DNA from: an uncultured Candidatus Poseidoniales archaeon
GTDB taxonomy: Archaea; Thermoplasmatota; Poseidoniia; Poseidoniales; Poseidoniaceae
Length of the DNA: 62,690 bases
Reading direction: 5' to 3'
NCBI GenBank assembly: GCA_964412625.1
Contig: CAYPPO010000005.1
Coordinates: 1 to 62,690 of the forward strand
Shown: piece after piece, positions 27,908 to 37,164 of the stretch
Layout of the letters: each line of letters starts with the position of its first letter
Position numbering within the stretch: position 1 is the first letter of the stretch
Made by a program: the position numbers and the translations under genes
The notes under the pieces: generated by a model
What the model was told of the DNA's origin: nothing
The model's input: the letters and a program-made list of their open reading frames with translations, nothing else
Database searches by the model: none

Positions 27908-27991
27908 TAACTATTGTCGCACTGAGATAAATTTAGGTAAATCACAAGTAATTAAGTATCCTGAGCGTCGGCATAGAGGTGAGGAGAGATT

Positions 27992-28267
27992 ATGCCCCAT
28001 GTAGTAACCTCCGCATGTGTCGACCACAAGTATCAAGACTGCGTTGCCGTATGTCCAGTAGATGCTTTCAGGGAAACACACACTTATCTCGTCATCGACC
28101 CAGATGAGTGCATAGACTGTGGCGCTTGTGCGCCAGAGTGTCCGGTAGATGCGATATTCTCCGACATGGACATTCCAGAAATTGAAGAAGAGTGGATTAA
28201 CATTAACGCCAATGAGTCGATTAATGCTGATGTCGCTGAAGGCGATTCTCCAATTCTTGCAGAATAA
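27992..28267 (+). CDS. Dicluster ferredoxin of the 7Fe (FdI/FdxA) type
   Basis: C-x7-C-x3-CP ([16 protein letters not shown]) plus [16 protein letters not shown]. Confidence 0.9.
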   Translation: MPHVVTSACVDHKYQDCVAVCPVDAFRETHTYLVIDPDECIDCGACAPECPVDAIFSDMDIPEIEEEWININANESINADVAEGDSPILAE

Positions 28268-28282
28268 ACATGATGTGATACT

Positions 28283-29275
28283 ATGAGTGATTTAGATTTT
28301 AATAAATTCCGTAACGGAAGCGAGTTGTTGAAAAGAGGATTTGCAAGAATGCAACAGGGTGGCGTCATCATGGATGTTGTCAACCCAGAGCAGGCTGCTG
28401 TGGCAGAGGACTCTGGAGCGGTCGCAGTAATGGCCCTAGAAAGAGTTCCCGCTGACATCCGCAAACAAGGCGGCGTCGCTAGAATGAGCCACCCAGATAT
28501 GATACAAGGAATTCTTGACTGCACCTCGATTCCGGTAATGGCTAAATCGAGAATTGGCCATGAGGGTGAATCTAGAGTACTGGAATCTATGGGAGTAGAC
28601 ATGATTGACGAATCTGAGGTGTTAACACCAGCAGACCCATTTTTCCACATCAATAAGAAAGATTTTGAAATCCCGTTCGTTTGTGGTGCAACTGAGTTAT
28701 CCGAAGCCGTGCGCAGGATTTTCGAAGGTGCTGCCATGATTAGAACCAAAGGCGAAGCTGGAACCGGTAACGTCGTTGCTGCAGTTACCCATGCAAGAAT
28801 AATTGACCAAGAGATTAAACAATTGCAAAATTTAGATCAAGACAAATTAGCATTAGCCGCTGATTCAATTATCTCACGCTACAAAGTGTTAGCAAACAAG
28901 TCCTCATTGCCGGGAACCTATGACATGACTCCGTTTGGACCGATCGATGTCGACATGCACAGCGAAGTTGTACAAATTTTATCAGAGGTTAAAGAATACC
29001 AAAGATTGCCGGTAGTTACCTTCTCTGCAGGTGGCATTGCCACGCCCGCAGACGCATCATTAATGATGAGAATGGGTATGGATGGAGTATTTGTTGGATC
29101 AGGTATCTTCAAATCAGACGATCCAAAAACTATGGCTGAAGCAATCGTTCTTGCAACACATCATTACGACGATGGGGCAAAGGTTGCCGAGGCAATGGCT
29201 ATGACAGAGGGAGACCCCATGAAAGGTGACGAGCTAGAAACACTAGAAGTTCGCCTCGACCAGCGTGGATGGTAA
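28283..29275 (+). CDS. pdxS: Pyridoxal 5'-phosphate synthase lyase subunit
   Basis: [51 protein letters not shown] and FVGSGIFKS. Confidence 0.97.
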   Translation: MSDLDFNKFRNGSELLKRGFARMQQGGVIMDVVNPEQAAVAEDSGAVAVMALERVPADIRKQGGVARMSHPDMIQGILDCTSIPVMAKSRIGHEGESRVLESMGVDMIDESEVLTPADPFFHINKKDFEIPFVCGATELSEAVRRIFEGAAMIRTKGEAGTGNVVAAVTHARIIDQEIKQLQNLDQDKLALAADSIISRYKVLANKSSLPGTYDMTPFGPIDVDMHSEVVQILSEVKEYQRLPVVTFSAGGIATPADASLMMRMGMDGVFVGSGIFKSDDPKTMAEAIVLATHHYDDGAKVAEAMAMTEGDPMKGDELETLEVRLDQRGW

Positions 29276-29342
29276 TGCTTGTTATACTTCTTACTGATTT
29301 AGCACTCTTTTTACTTAAAATAATTCTCCCAAAAACTGCAGC

Positions 29343-30422
29343 TTAATTTCCATTGATGGTTTCATTAGATACCTTTTCTGAGTGTAGCTTTGTACCAACT
29401 TGGATAATTACGTTATCACCAATCACGCAATCTATCAATTCGCAATGGTCCTCAATCTTGACGTTCTCTCCAATGATTGTTCTAATTACTGAACAATTGT
29501 TTCCAACTTTTGTCCCATCCATTACAAAGGTATCAATAAGTTTTGAATCACGCCCAATAATAGAGTTGTTTGAAACTACCGTCCTACAAAGCTGCGAATG
29601 TGAGCTTGAATTACCCAAAACATAACTATCATCATCAAGATATCTACCACTAGGTAAGCCAAATGGCAATGTTTGAGAATTTCTTACTAAATGGTTTTGA
29701 GCTCTGATTAGCTCTTGAGGCGTTCCGACATCAAACCAAACCCCATTCAATTTAACTCCATACATCGGCATATCAAGTTCCAATAATTTGGGAAACAACT
29801 CTTTGCTAAAGTCAAACTTAGTACCCTCTGGGATGTAAGACAACACATCAGGTTCAATAATATACAAACCTGCATTAATGACATTACTAAACGCATCACT
29901 AAGTGCGGGTTTTTCTTGAAATTTCACAATATATCCTTCATTAATGCGGCTATCAACATTGCCATTTTGCATTTTCGATAACCCAACTATGCCATATTGT
30001 GTTGGATCATCAACTTCCCATAGAGCCATAGTTACCTTTGCGTTAGATGATTTGTGTGCTGTAACCAAGGCTTCTAAATCTGAGGATAGTACTGAATCAC
30101 CTGAGGCGACAATGAAGGTATCAGAGAGTTTTTCTTCAAGCAATTTTACGCTTCCTGCAGTACCCATGGGAGTACTTTCCTGATTTACCGAAAATAACAC
30201 CTCGGAGTCCTGATTCCAAGCGTCAACAACTTGCTGCAACCCTTCCCCCATGTAACCAGTAGTAAGGATGACTTCATCTGTGCCAATATTTACTAATGCA
30301 TCTTTTACATACTCAATTACTGGTTTTCCCAACAAGCTAACCAATGGTTTTGGCTTGTTTTCAGTCAGGGGCAGTAATCTAGTGCCTTTCCCACCAGCCA
30401 TAATTATGCCAATCATGGGCAC
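29343..30422 (-). CDS. NDP-sugar synthase (mannose-1-phosphate guanylyltransferase family)
   Basis: AGGKGTRLLPLT...PKPL, GTAGSVK, KFQEKP, INAGLY and WFDVGT, with a C-terminal hexapeptide-repeat domain. Confidence 0.9.
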   Translation of the reverse strand: MPMIGIIMAGGKGTRLLPLTENKPKPLVSLLGKPVIEYVKDALVNIGTDEVILTTGYMGEGLQQVVDAWNQDSEVLFSVNQESTPMGTAGSVKLLEEKLSDTFIVASGDSVLSSDLEALVTAHKSSNAKVTMALWEVDDPTQYGIVGLSKMQNGNVDSRINEGYIVKFQEKPALSDAFSNVINAGLYIIEPDVLSYIPEGTKFDFSKELFPKLLELDMPMYGVKLNGVWFDVGTPQELIRAQNHLVRNSQTLPFGLPSGRYLDDDSYVLGNSSSHSQLCRTVVSNNSIIGRDSKLIDTFVMDGTKVGNNCSVIRTIIGENVKIEDHCELIDCVIGDNVIIQVGTKLHSEKVSNETINGN

Positions 30423-30425
30423 ACC

Positions 30426-31430
30426 TTATCTACGCCTTGATGAATTCATGTCGACTCTACGCATGTTCTTTTTCTTGTCAGACTTCCTTGACCTACCCTT
30501 AGATACAAAATCTTCTTGGCTCAGCCCGCCGAAGGTAATGCTACCTGTTGAAAGTAAGGATTTAGTTAGTTTCTCTGCAACTCGCTCGGATTGAGCACCG
30601 GTTTGCATTTCTTCAGCAACTGCTGCGTTGTGATCAGTTAACCATGATTTCCTCTCCTCACGCACAGATTTTAATTCGTCACGAGCTTTATTGACATCCA
30701 CCATCAATTCCTCAATCTTAGCGTGAACATCATTGGCCTTTTCCTTTAGCTCAACAAATTCAGTATGAAAACGGTCTCCTTCTGCTTTTAAGAAATCGCG
30801 GTGTGCGAATGCCTCATCGACTTCTGGTGTCTTGAGGTTCAATCTTTCCACGGCCTGTATCATCTCGTTGTGTGCAGCGTCTGCCTCAGATTTCAAGGTT
30901 TTAATTGCGGCATCAATATCTGACATATCGACTTCGACCATCTTGAATTTTGTAACCTCTGGTTCTAGTTCTTCTATTCTCTTGGAGAATTCCTTAATTT
31001 TTTTGACCATTTCTTTTTCTTTATTGATGCCAACCGAAGTTGTTTCAAATTTCTTCTCAAGTGAATCAACTTGCTGTTTTAAGTCTGCATACTCTGCTGT
31101 TGCAGAGCGCTTGCTGTTGTGATCTTTCCTTTTTCCCTTGATTTGTGAAATCAAATCTCGCATTTGGCTTTGAATAGTATTCCGCTTTTCTTTAAAGGAT
31201 TTTATTTCGGCGCGCATTGCTCTAACTTCGGCTACCAACAACTCTATTTTCCCACGATGCTCTTTGTACTGAGACTGCACTGAATTTCTTTTTTCAGCAG
31301 AAACTTTGGCCTGAGCATTGAAATTATTTCTGGTTTCACGCATCTTGCGAACTTTTGTTTCCATCGCATGGAGTCTTTCACGTAAGTCTGCATCTGGCCT
31401 TTCATCACCGTCATTCAGTCTACCGCGCAT
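30426..31430 (-). CDS. Archaeal coiled-coil protein (COG1340-like)
   Basis: Heptad-rich throughout; RNNFNAQ, SLEKKFETTSVGINKEKEMVKKIKE and ADAAHNEM patterns. Confidence 0.75.
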   Translation of the reverse strand: MRGRLNDGDERPDADLRERLHAMETKVRKMRETRNNFNAQAKVSAEKRNSVQSQYKEHRGKIELLVAEVRAMRAEIKSFKEKRNTIQSQMRDLISQIKGKRKDHNSKRSATAEYADLKQQVDSLEKKFETTSVGINKEKEMVKKIKEFSKRIEELEPEVTKFKMVEVDMSDIDAAIKTLKSEADAAHNEMIQAVERLNLKTPEVDEAFAHRDFLKAEGDRFHTEFVELKEKANDVHAKIEELMVDVNKARDELKSVREERKSWLTDHNAAVAEEMQTGAQSERVAEKLTKSLLSTGSITFGGLSQEDFVSKGRSRKSDKKKNMRRVDMNSSRRR

Positions 31431-31481
31431 GGTATGTCCTGTAGGTTCACCATTTCAAAATTATGCTTGGTGATAAATTTC

Positions 31482-33167
31482 TCAAACAATGATATATGTT
31501 AGCAAAGAGGCTGAAATCAAAGTGCCAATAATGCCAATCATATTGAATACCACAGACGACGCCGACCGTATGCGCTCTTTGAACACCGACCTTATCCTAA
31601 CATTCATCTGTGAACCAACCAATAATTCGCCATTGACTTCCTCTAGCCTAACACTGACCGTCGCCTCACCAAACCTTTCTGGCAGCAAGGTTTGCCAAGC
31701 AACAGTTCCGTCGCGTAAAAGGGCGGACATGATTGCTAAAATATCTTCATTCCCTGATTGGGCAAGAGGAACGCCAGTATCCGGCCAAACTTTTTCCTCA
31801 CCTGGTTGTAAAAGATATGTCATAGCGATATCGTGCGGTCTAAAATCAGGAGATTGAACTCTCAAGACCACCGTTCTAGGTTCATCCGATAAATTGTGCA
31901 TGTAAGTGAAAAGATTGGCTTTTCCATGAACAACATTCTCCATATCAACTTCGAAGATAATATCATCATTGATCGACTTCCTTCCCGAAGCTAGGTCCTC
32001 TTCGATACGACCGATCATTCGGAAAAATGCAGGACACCTAAGTTCTAAATGGTCAATTATCAAAAGCCATTCTTCAATGGTAAAAACTTCGTGAGTTCTA
32101 ACTAATTCAACCCCTGCTTTAGTAAACACCTCAGAGAATTCGGATTCGACCGAAGATAAATCTAGACCCTTTGAGTGCTTATACAAAGTCATCATCATCT
32201 TCTCTCTGGCAAATCTGGGGTCCACTCCACGCTTAACATGCGACTCTAATTCCCTAGTAAAAACCTCATATTCTGATTTGAGTAACGGATCTAGTTGTGA
32301 TTTAACTAAATCGGAGAACACCATGTCAAGAGTAGAAGGATGTATCGGAGAATTGTAAGCGTTCAGTAATCCAGTTCTTTCAGCCATGTTAAAGCTGGAT
32401 GATCTCGTTGAAACATGTTGTCCCACAGATAGGACAGTTAACGAAAATGAAAGTGCTAAACAGTATTTGCCCATATCTGTTTGAATTCCATAGAATGCAA
32501 TAGCAGAAAGTGAAAATATTGCTAGCAAAGCGCAGACTAATGAGAAAAAGTGTTTTGTTACTGAGCGCTTAATTGAATCTTCTAATGGTTCATAACCATG
32601 AAGAGATTTTATAGAAAGATGCTTTGATTGGGCAGATTTTACTTGCTCTTCAAATGTTTTTATAGTCAGGTTGACTCTATGACGATGCAATGCTAGTGCT
32701 AATATGTATCCAAGTAAAATTACGAAAACTAGGGCAACAAGAATTGTTGAAAAACTCTGTCCAATAGTAGGTTCGATAAAATCAACCCACCAACTAGGCG
32801 AGGAACTAGAATATGCCCAAGCGCCAAAATAAGCCAGTATAGCGAAACCTGGCAAGAATAGTAACAGCCTAATTCCAAACGATATTAATTGTCTGTCGAA
32901 AGCATATAGAAATGATTCATTATTCCACTTACTCAACTGTTTCATAGATTTTGAACTCAAATTTTTAACAGTAGCAGAGAATTTCACTTTTTCAGAACTT
33001 TCTTTTTCTTGCAAGACATCTGACGTGACCTCATTTTCAAGGTTTTTGACCGGTTCCCCACCACTTGGCTTTTCTGGCTTGTCAACTCTAGATTTCTCAG
33101 CCTTGTCATTGTCTGCCATATCATTTCCAGTAAGACAATACTCTAAAGTGTTAAGTTCTAAAATCAC
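31482..33167 (-). CDS. Hypothetical membrane protein (four N-terminal TM helices, large soluble domain, C-terminal TM)
   Basis: 561-aa ORF with clear hydrophobic segments. Likely true start at MADNDK (33119). Confidence 0.7.
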   Translation of the reverse strand: MILELNTLEYCLTGNDMADNDKAEKSRVDKPEKPSGGEPVKNLENEVTSDVLQEKESSEKVKFSATVKNLSSKSMKQLSKWNNESFLYAFDRQLISFGIRLLLFLPGFAILAYFGAWAYSSSSPSWWVDFIEPTIGQSFSTILVALVFVILLGYILALALHRHRVNLTIKTFEEQVKSAQSKHLSIKSLHGYEPLEDSIKRSVTKHFFSLVCALLAIFSLSAIAFYGIQTDMGKYCLALSFSLTVLSVGQHVSTRSSSFNMAERTGLLNAYNSPIHPSTLDMVFSDLVKSQLDPLLKSEYEVFTRELESHVKRGVDPRFAREKMMMTLYKHSKGLDLSSVESEFSEVFTKAGVELVRTHEVFTIEEWLLIIDHLELRCPAFFRMIGRIEEDLASGRKSINDDIIFEVDMENVVHGKANLFTYMHNLSDEPRTVVLRVQSPDFRPHDIAMTYLLQPGEEKVWPDTGVPLAQSGNEDILAIMSALLRDGTVAWQTLLPERFGEATVSVRLEEVNGELLVGSQMNVRIRSVFKERIRSASSVVFNMIGIIGTLISASLLTYIIV

Positions 33168-33826
33168 TCTTTAGGTGATATTAGTATCAGTTCTGCCAAT
33201 GTCGGAGAAATTAGTATCTTTTTGCCGTTGATTTCGAATTCCTCTTCACTTAATCGGCTAATTTCACAATCAATTTGAATATCTTGCTGGTTTAGATTCC
33301 CTATGATTTTTTGATTTGCACTGATTAATCTCACGGTTGAAACAAGACCTTTTTCTAAATCAGTGAGAGGAATCAACACCTTGCCCTCACCAAGGATTTT
33401 ATCTTCGACATCTTGGGACATGCTAGGTATTTTCACGCCATGGATATCAACGGTCGGGTTGTTAAAATATACTGTTAGTGCTGCTTCTAAATTATCGTCA
33501 ATTGCGTGCTCTAGCCGACATGCGGTCACGTGCTGATTACCATCAAATGGCAAGTGTTCAAGCAACATTTCTGCTAGGCGATAACGACGTTTCATTTTCC
33601 TACCGTGGACCAGGCCTTTCTCTGTTAACATCGAACCTTTGTATGGGATATACTCAAGATAGCCTTTAGCCGCAAGTCTCTGGACCATTTCAGTCGTAGA
33701 TGCAGGAGTTACCCGCAATGCCTCAGCAAGGTCACCGGTCCGAACTTTTGCCTCAGGATTTTTCTCGTAGAATTCGTATAAAGTTTTGAAATACATTTCC
33801 TCAAATTCTTTGATTGGATCAGACAT
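33164..33826 (-). CDS. DtxR/MntR family metal-dependent transcriptional regulator with FeoA-like C-terminal domain
   Basis: EMYFKTLY, HTH GDLAEALRVTPASTTEMVQRL, YIPYKG and ACRLEHA. Confidence 0.9.
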   Translation of the reverse strand: MSDPIKEFEEMYFKTLYEFYEKNPEAKVRTGDLAEALRVTPASTTEMVQRLAAKGYLEYIPYKGSMLTEKGLVHGRKMKRRYRLAEMLLEHLPFDGNQHVTACRLEHAIDDNLEAALTVYFNNPTVDIHGVKIPSMSQDVEDKILGEGKVLIPLTDLEKGLVSTVRLISANQKIIGNLNQQDIQIDCEISRLSEEEFEINGKKILISPTLAELILISPKE

Positions 33827-33885
33827 AAGACTACCCCGATAATTAATCCAATAATTCGTTTTTTAAATAATTGTATACTTTACAG

Positions 33886-36384
33886 TTAGGATGAACTAAA
33901 GACATTTTTACATGCTGGACATCTTACAGAACCTTCGTAGGATTCTGGAATACGTAAACTTTGAGAACATTCTGGACAAGAAATTTCTATCTTCCCGTCA
34001 TTCTTTACCGGGACCTCTTTATCAGGTATTTCGCTTTCAGTTTCTTCATCTTGTACTTCAGTGCCTGCACCGACTTCAAAACTATTCGAGCAATCAGGGC
34101 ACTTAACCGAACCTTGATAATTCTCTGGAACTCTTAGTTGTCTTGAGCAAACTGGACAACTAATTTCTATTTTTACGTCTGACAGCTGTGTTGTCTCGGG
34201 TTTAGATGATTGTTTTTTTGGCTTGTTTCTTGGTTGCTTGTTAGAATCCCCTTTAATTCTTACAGCGAGGATTATCAAGGCAGAAATTGCGAGGCCACCT
34301 AAAATTCCAGACCATGGAATTGAAATTTCTTCTTTCGATTCTTGCACAGTAATTGAAGACAGGAAATTTTGCTCAACGATTTTTGATTCACCATCATAAT
34401 CCCACTTTGCGGTCAATTTAACCTCATCTGTTTCGGGCCACGCAAAACTGAGTGTTATTGTCTGGGATGATCCGGCACTTAATGTTGGAGTAATAGTTTC
34501 GGCTAGCATAGTCCCGTCTTCTTTATTGTAAATGATTAATATTCCAGCAGATCCATCGATATTGCCTTGATTTTGAATCGAAACAGATACACTAGCTGAT
34601 TCACCAGCTGTTGGCCTGTTCGGGTTTGATTGCGAATTAAATACCATATTATATTCTGGCCTTTCTTGCGGTATCGATTTGGTAAATGATGTAAATGATG
34701 AAGCTGCGGTCCAATTTATTTCTTGAACCCTAATAATAACATAATCTCCATCCACAAAGCCGAAATTTATCGAACCTATTGTCTGACCCTCGTTTATTAG
34801 CATGTCAACATCATAGACGAAGATATCCTGTAAACCACCACCATAACCTAATTTGACATTTATTTCACGGTCTATTCCACTACTCAAATTCAAGGACCAG
34901 TGTGCAGTTAATCCGTCCTCAGTTGTCCAAGAGATATCATAGAGCGATAGTTCAAGGCTCTGTCGAACTGAGATTGGTAATGAAATTGTACCATTTATTC
35001 CATCCTCGACCTCTCCATCTGTAGTATATAGTGACCAATTGAATTGCTCATTCCCAGAATTCAGTAATGGAACAGTAATCGTTACTTCTCCTGCTTGATC
35101 AGGTTGAAGCGCGACTAAATTTCCTTGGTAATTTTCTGAGGATGATTCCATTCTCAAAGTCACGTTGCCTTGTTTTGTTCCTGTGTTACGAACTAATAGT
35201 GAAAAGGTTGCATCATCTCCTACATGCCAAGGGCCATCGGTCGCTGATGGACTGAAACTACCGGCGTATTCGAATAACGCTGATTCAACATCGAAAAGTA
35301 TGGATATATTGTTCAATGAATTTTCATCTATTCTTTGACCAGTAAAGTAACAAACAAGTTCGCCTGGTTTAATTGTTACAGAAAAATTGGCTGTTTCTGA
35401 GGTCGAACTAGAAATATCTACAGTTGAGTTATAGACTAACTCATCATTCAACATACAGTTTTGTGCACCCGTAAAGTCTACTGTTCCATTGTTGTAATTT
35501 GTCAAATAAATTTCCAGAGATTCACCCGAGATCAACTCATTGTCGTAATAATTTATCCAAGTTGATAATAGCGGAAGTGGAGGAGGATTTACTGGTTTTG
35601 TGAAATTTTGGTAATTATCGATGATATAATCATCAATCAAACCGCCGAGGCTAATTGAAACCGAGAATAATCCCTCAAAAACTTGAATTGTTGAATTAAA
35701 GACAACTATCTGTGTATTCATACCCATGATAACCAATGTAGGTGATGTTTGCACATCAATACTAATCCCATTATCGATCACTAAAGTTATATTACCTGTC
35801 CAATTATAATCTCCGTCATTTATTATGGGAATTTGGAATTGAACATAATCGCCGTCGCTCAATGAATTATTACCAGTAATAGCACCTGTTGAATCCACTG
35901 ATTCAGCCAGTATAGAAGAACTGGCAGCAATTGAAACATTCAACGGTTTTAATCGATGAATTGTTCTTTGAAAACTCAATAATTCATTACTTGATTCTAC
36001 GCCTAAATCACCAGACAAAACTACCGATATGGTAGTGTAGCCATAACTTAGTGTTGAGAAATTATAGATTATTGATTCAACACCTCCTTCTTCTAAAGAA
36101 TAATTAATCGAGGAGTTAGACAAAAGAGTACCATCGATTGCTGATGTTTCAAAATGTATTTGCCCAACAAAATTTTGTCCTGATCCCTGATTGGTTGCTG
36201 TTAAGTTAAATTCTAGATTATAGTAAGAGTTGTCTGTAGTTTCAAAATTTTCTAGGTTTATTGAATTCCCATCAATGGTAACCCCTGACTGTGTTGCTGC
36301 AACTTGAGGGGTAGGAATGATGAAAAAAAAAGCAACCATGATAGTCAGAACAGCAACTCTGACGCAGTTACTCTCACCCGCCAT
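33886..36384 (-). CDS. Secreted CARDB/Ig-like repeat protein with TM helix and two cytoplasmic zinc ribbons
   Basis: Signal peptide (start taken at ATG 36384), repeated N-x-G CARDB-like strands, TM WSGILGGLAISALIILAV, then two CPxC-x15-CPxC units. Confidence 0.8.
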   Translation of the reverse strand: MAGESNCVRVAVLTIMVAFFFIIPTPQVAATQSGVTIDGNSINLENFETTDNSYYNLEFNLTATNQGSGQNFVGQIHFETSAIDGTLLSNSSINYSLEEGGVESIIYNFSTLSYGYTTISVVLSGDLGVESSNELLSFQRTIHRLKPLNVSIAASSSILAESVDSTGAITGNNSLSDGDYVQFQIPIINDGDYNWTGNITLVIDNGISIDVQTSPTLVIMGMNTQIVVFNSTIQVFEGLFSVSISLGGLIDDYIIDNYQNFTKPVNPPPLPLLSTWINYYDNELISGESLEIYLTNYNNGTVDFTGAQNCMLNDELVYNSTVDISSSTSETANFSVTIKPGELVCYFTGQRIDENSLNNISILFDVESALFEYAGSFSPSATDGPWHVGDDATFSLLVRNTGTKQGNVTLRMESSSENYQGNLVALQPDQAGEVTITVPLLNSGNEQFNWSLYTTDGEVEDGINGTISLPISVRQSLELSLYDISWTTEDGLTAHWSLNLSSGIDREINVKLGYGGGLQDIFVYDVDMLINEGQTIGSINFGFVDGDYVIIRVQEINWTAASSFTSFTKSIPQERPEYNMVFNSQSNPNRPTAGESASVSVSIQNQGNIDGSAGILIIYNKEDGTMLAETITPTLSAGSSQTITLSFAWPETDEVKLTAKWDYDGESKIVEQNFLSSITVQESKEEISIPWSGILGGLAISALIILAVRIKGDSNKQPRNKPKKQSSKPETTQLSDVKIEISCPVCSRQLRVPENYQGSVKCPDCSNSFEVGAGTEVQDEETESEIPDKEVPVKNDGKIEISCPECSQSLRIPESYEGSVRCPACKNVFSSS
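33900..34173 (-). repeat. Tandem duplicated zinc-ribbon coding unit (about 94 bp x2)
   Basis: KIEISCPVCSRQLRVPENYQGSVKCPDC (34080-34173) versus KIEISCPECSQSLRIPESYEGSVRCPAC (33900-33993). Confidence 0.85.
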
Positions 36385-36473
36385 AGTTGGCTCAATTAGT
36401 TGAGGTTCTTGACCTTCGCGCAAAATCAAACATCTGCGCCATGTTTTTCAACATTGAATTTCACCCACTGCAC

Positions 36474-37163
36474 ATGACCCCCGAGGACTTATTGCGTGTT
36501 GAGCCTGAAGTCCTTGCAAAACTAATACTTCATAAAAGAGAGAGGATTTCCCACACCCTGCCAAAAATGCTCGAGTCGGTAGGTACAGAAAAGCAGACTG
36601 CGGAGCAACTCGCTCGTCGGTCACGGGATAAAAAAGCAGATATTGAACCAAAATTCAACAACCTGATCAAAGAGCGTAATGAGCTAACAAATTCAATTCC
36701 TCAAGAATTTAACTTAGGAGTTATGAATGCTACTGAGTTAAATGATTTCAACCAATTGTTGTCCCGGATTCAATCAGAAAAAACAACTCCGGACGAATTT
36801 TTACAATATCTCAAGAAATTATCTAACATTTGTTCTCAACACGGGTTTGAACTCGAAACATTGAGGAATTATAATTCTTCAATCAAGGCAAATCAGGCGC
36901 TCTCAGAATTATCTAACGATTACAAATTGGCCATGAGTAATTGGAATGAAAATGAATCTCACAGACGTAAGTTAGAATCAAAATTTACCAAATTGTCGGC
37001 AAATTTGAAAAATTCTGACGTGGCTATAGCATATTGGCAAGAAAAACTGAATTCCAATTTTGATGAACTACTGATTGATGCAAAACGAGTTGCCGATGGT
37101 GGCCCATCTAGCAGACAATTATCCCGAAACAAGAAACGAAGTAACAATCAAAGGGGGAGTTAA
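36474..37163 (+). CDS. Hypothetical coiled-coil protein
   Basis: Helical, heptad-rich. Start taken at ATG 36474 (TTTTTCAA box 23 nt upstream). Stop is 1 nt before the nucleotidyltransferase start. Confidence 0.7.
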   Translation: MTPEDLLRVEPEVLAKLILHKRERISHTLPKMLESVGTEKQTAEQLARRSRDKKADIEPKFNNLIKERNELTNSIPQEFNLGVMNATELNDFNQLLSRIQSEKTTPDEFLQYLKKLSNICSQHGFELETLRNYNSSIKANQALSELSNDYKLAMSNWNENESHRRKLESKFTKLSANLKNSDVAIAYWQEKLNSNFDELLIDAKRVADGGPSSRQLSRNKKRSNNQRGS

Positions 37164-37164
37164 T

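Noticed and set aside
28084-28749. 221-aa minus-strand ORF
   Set aside because: Antisense shadow of the ferredoxin and pdxS genes. The other short track ORFs nested in long genes were dismissed for the same reason.
12296-30422. Possible glycosylation or genomic island (two GT2s, HAD, NDP-sugar synthase)
   Set aside because: The genes are scattered among core genes over 18 kb, with no mobility genes or boundary repeats.
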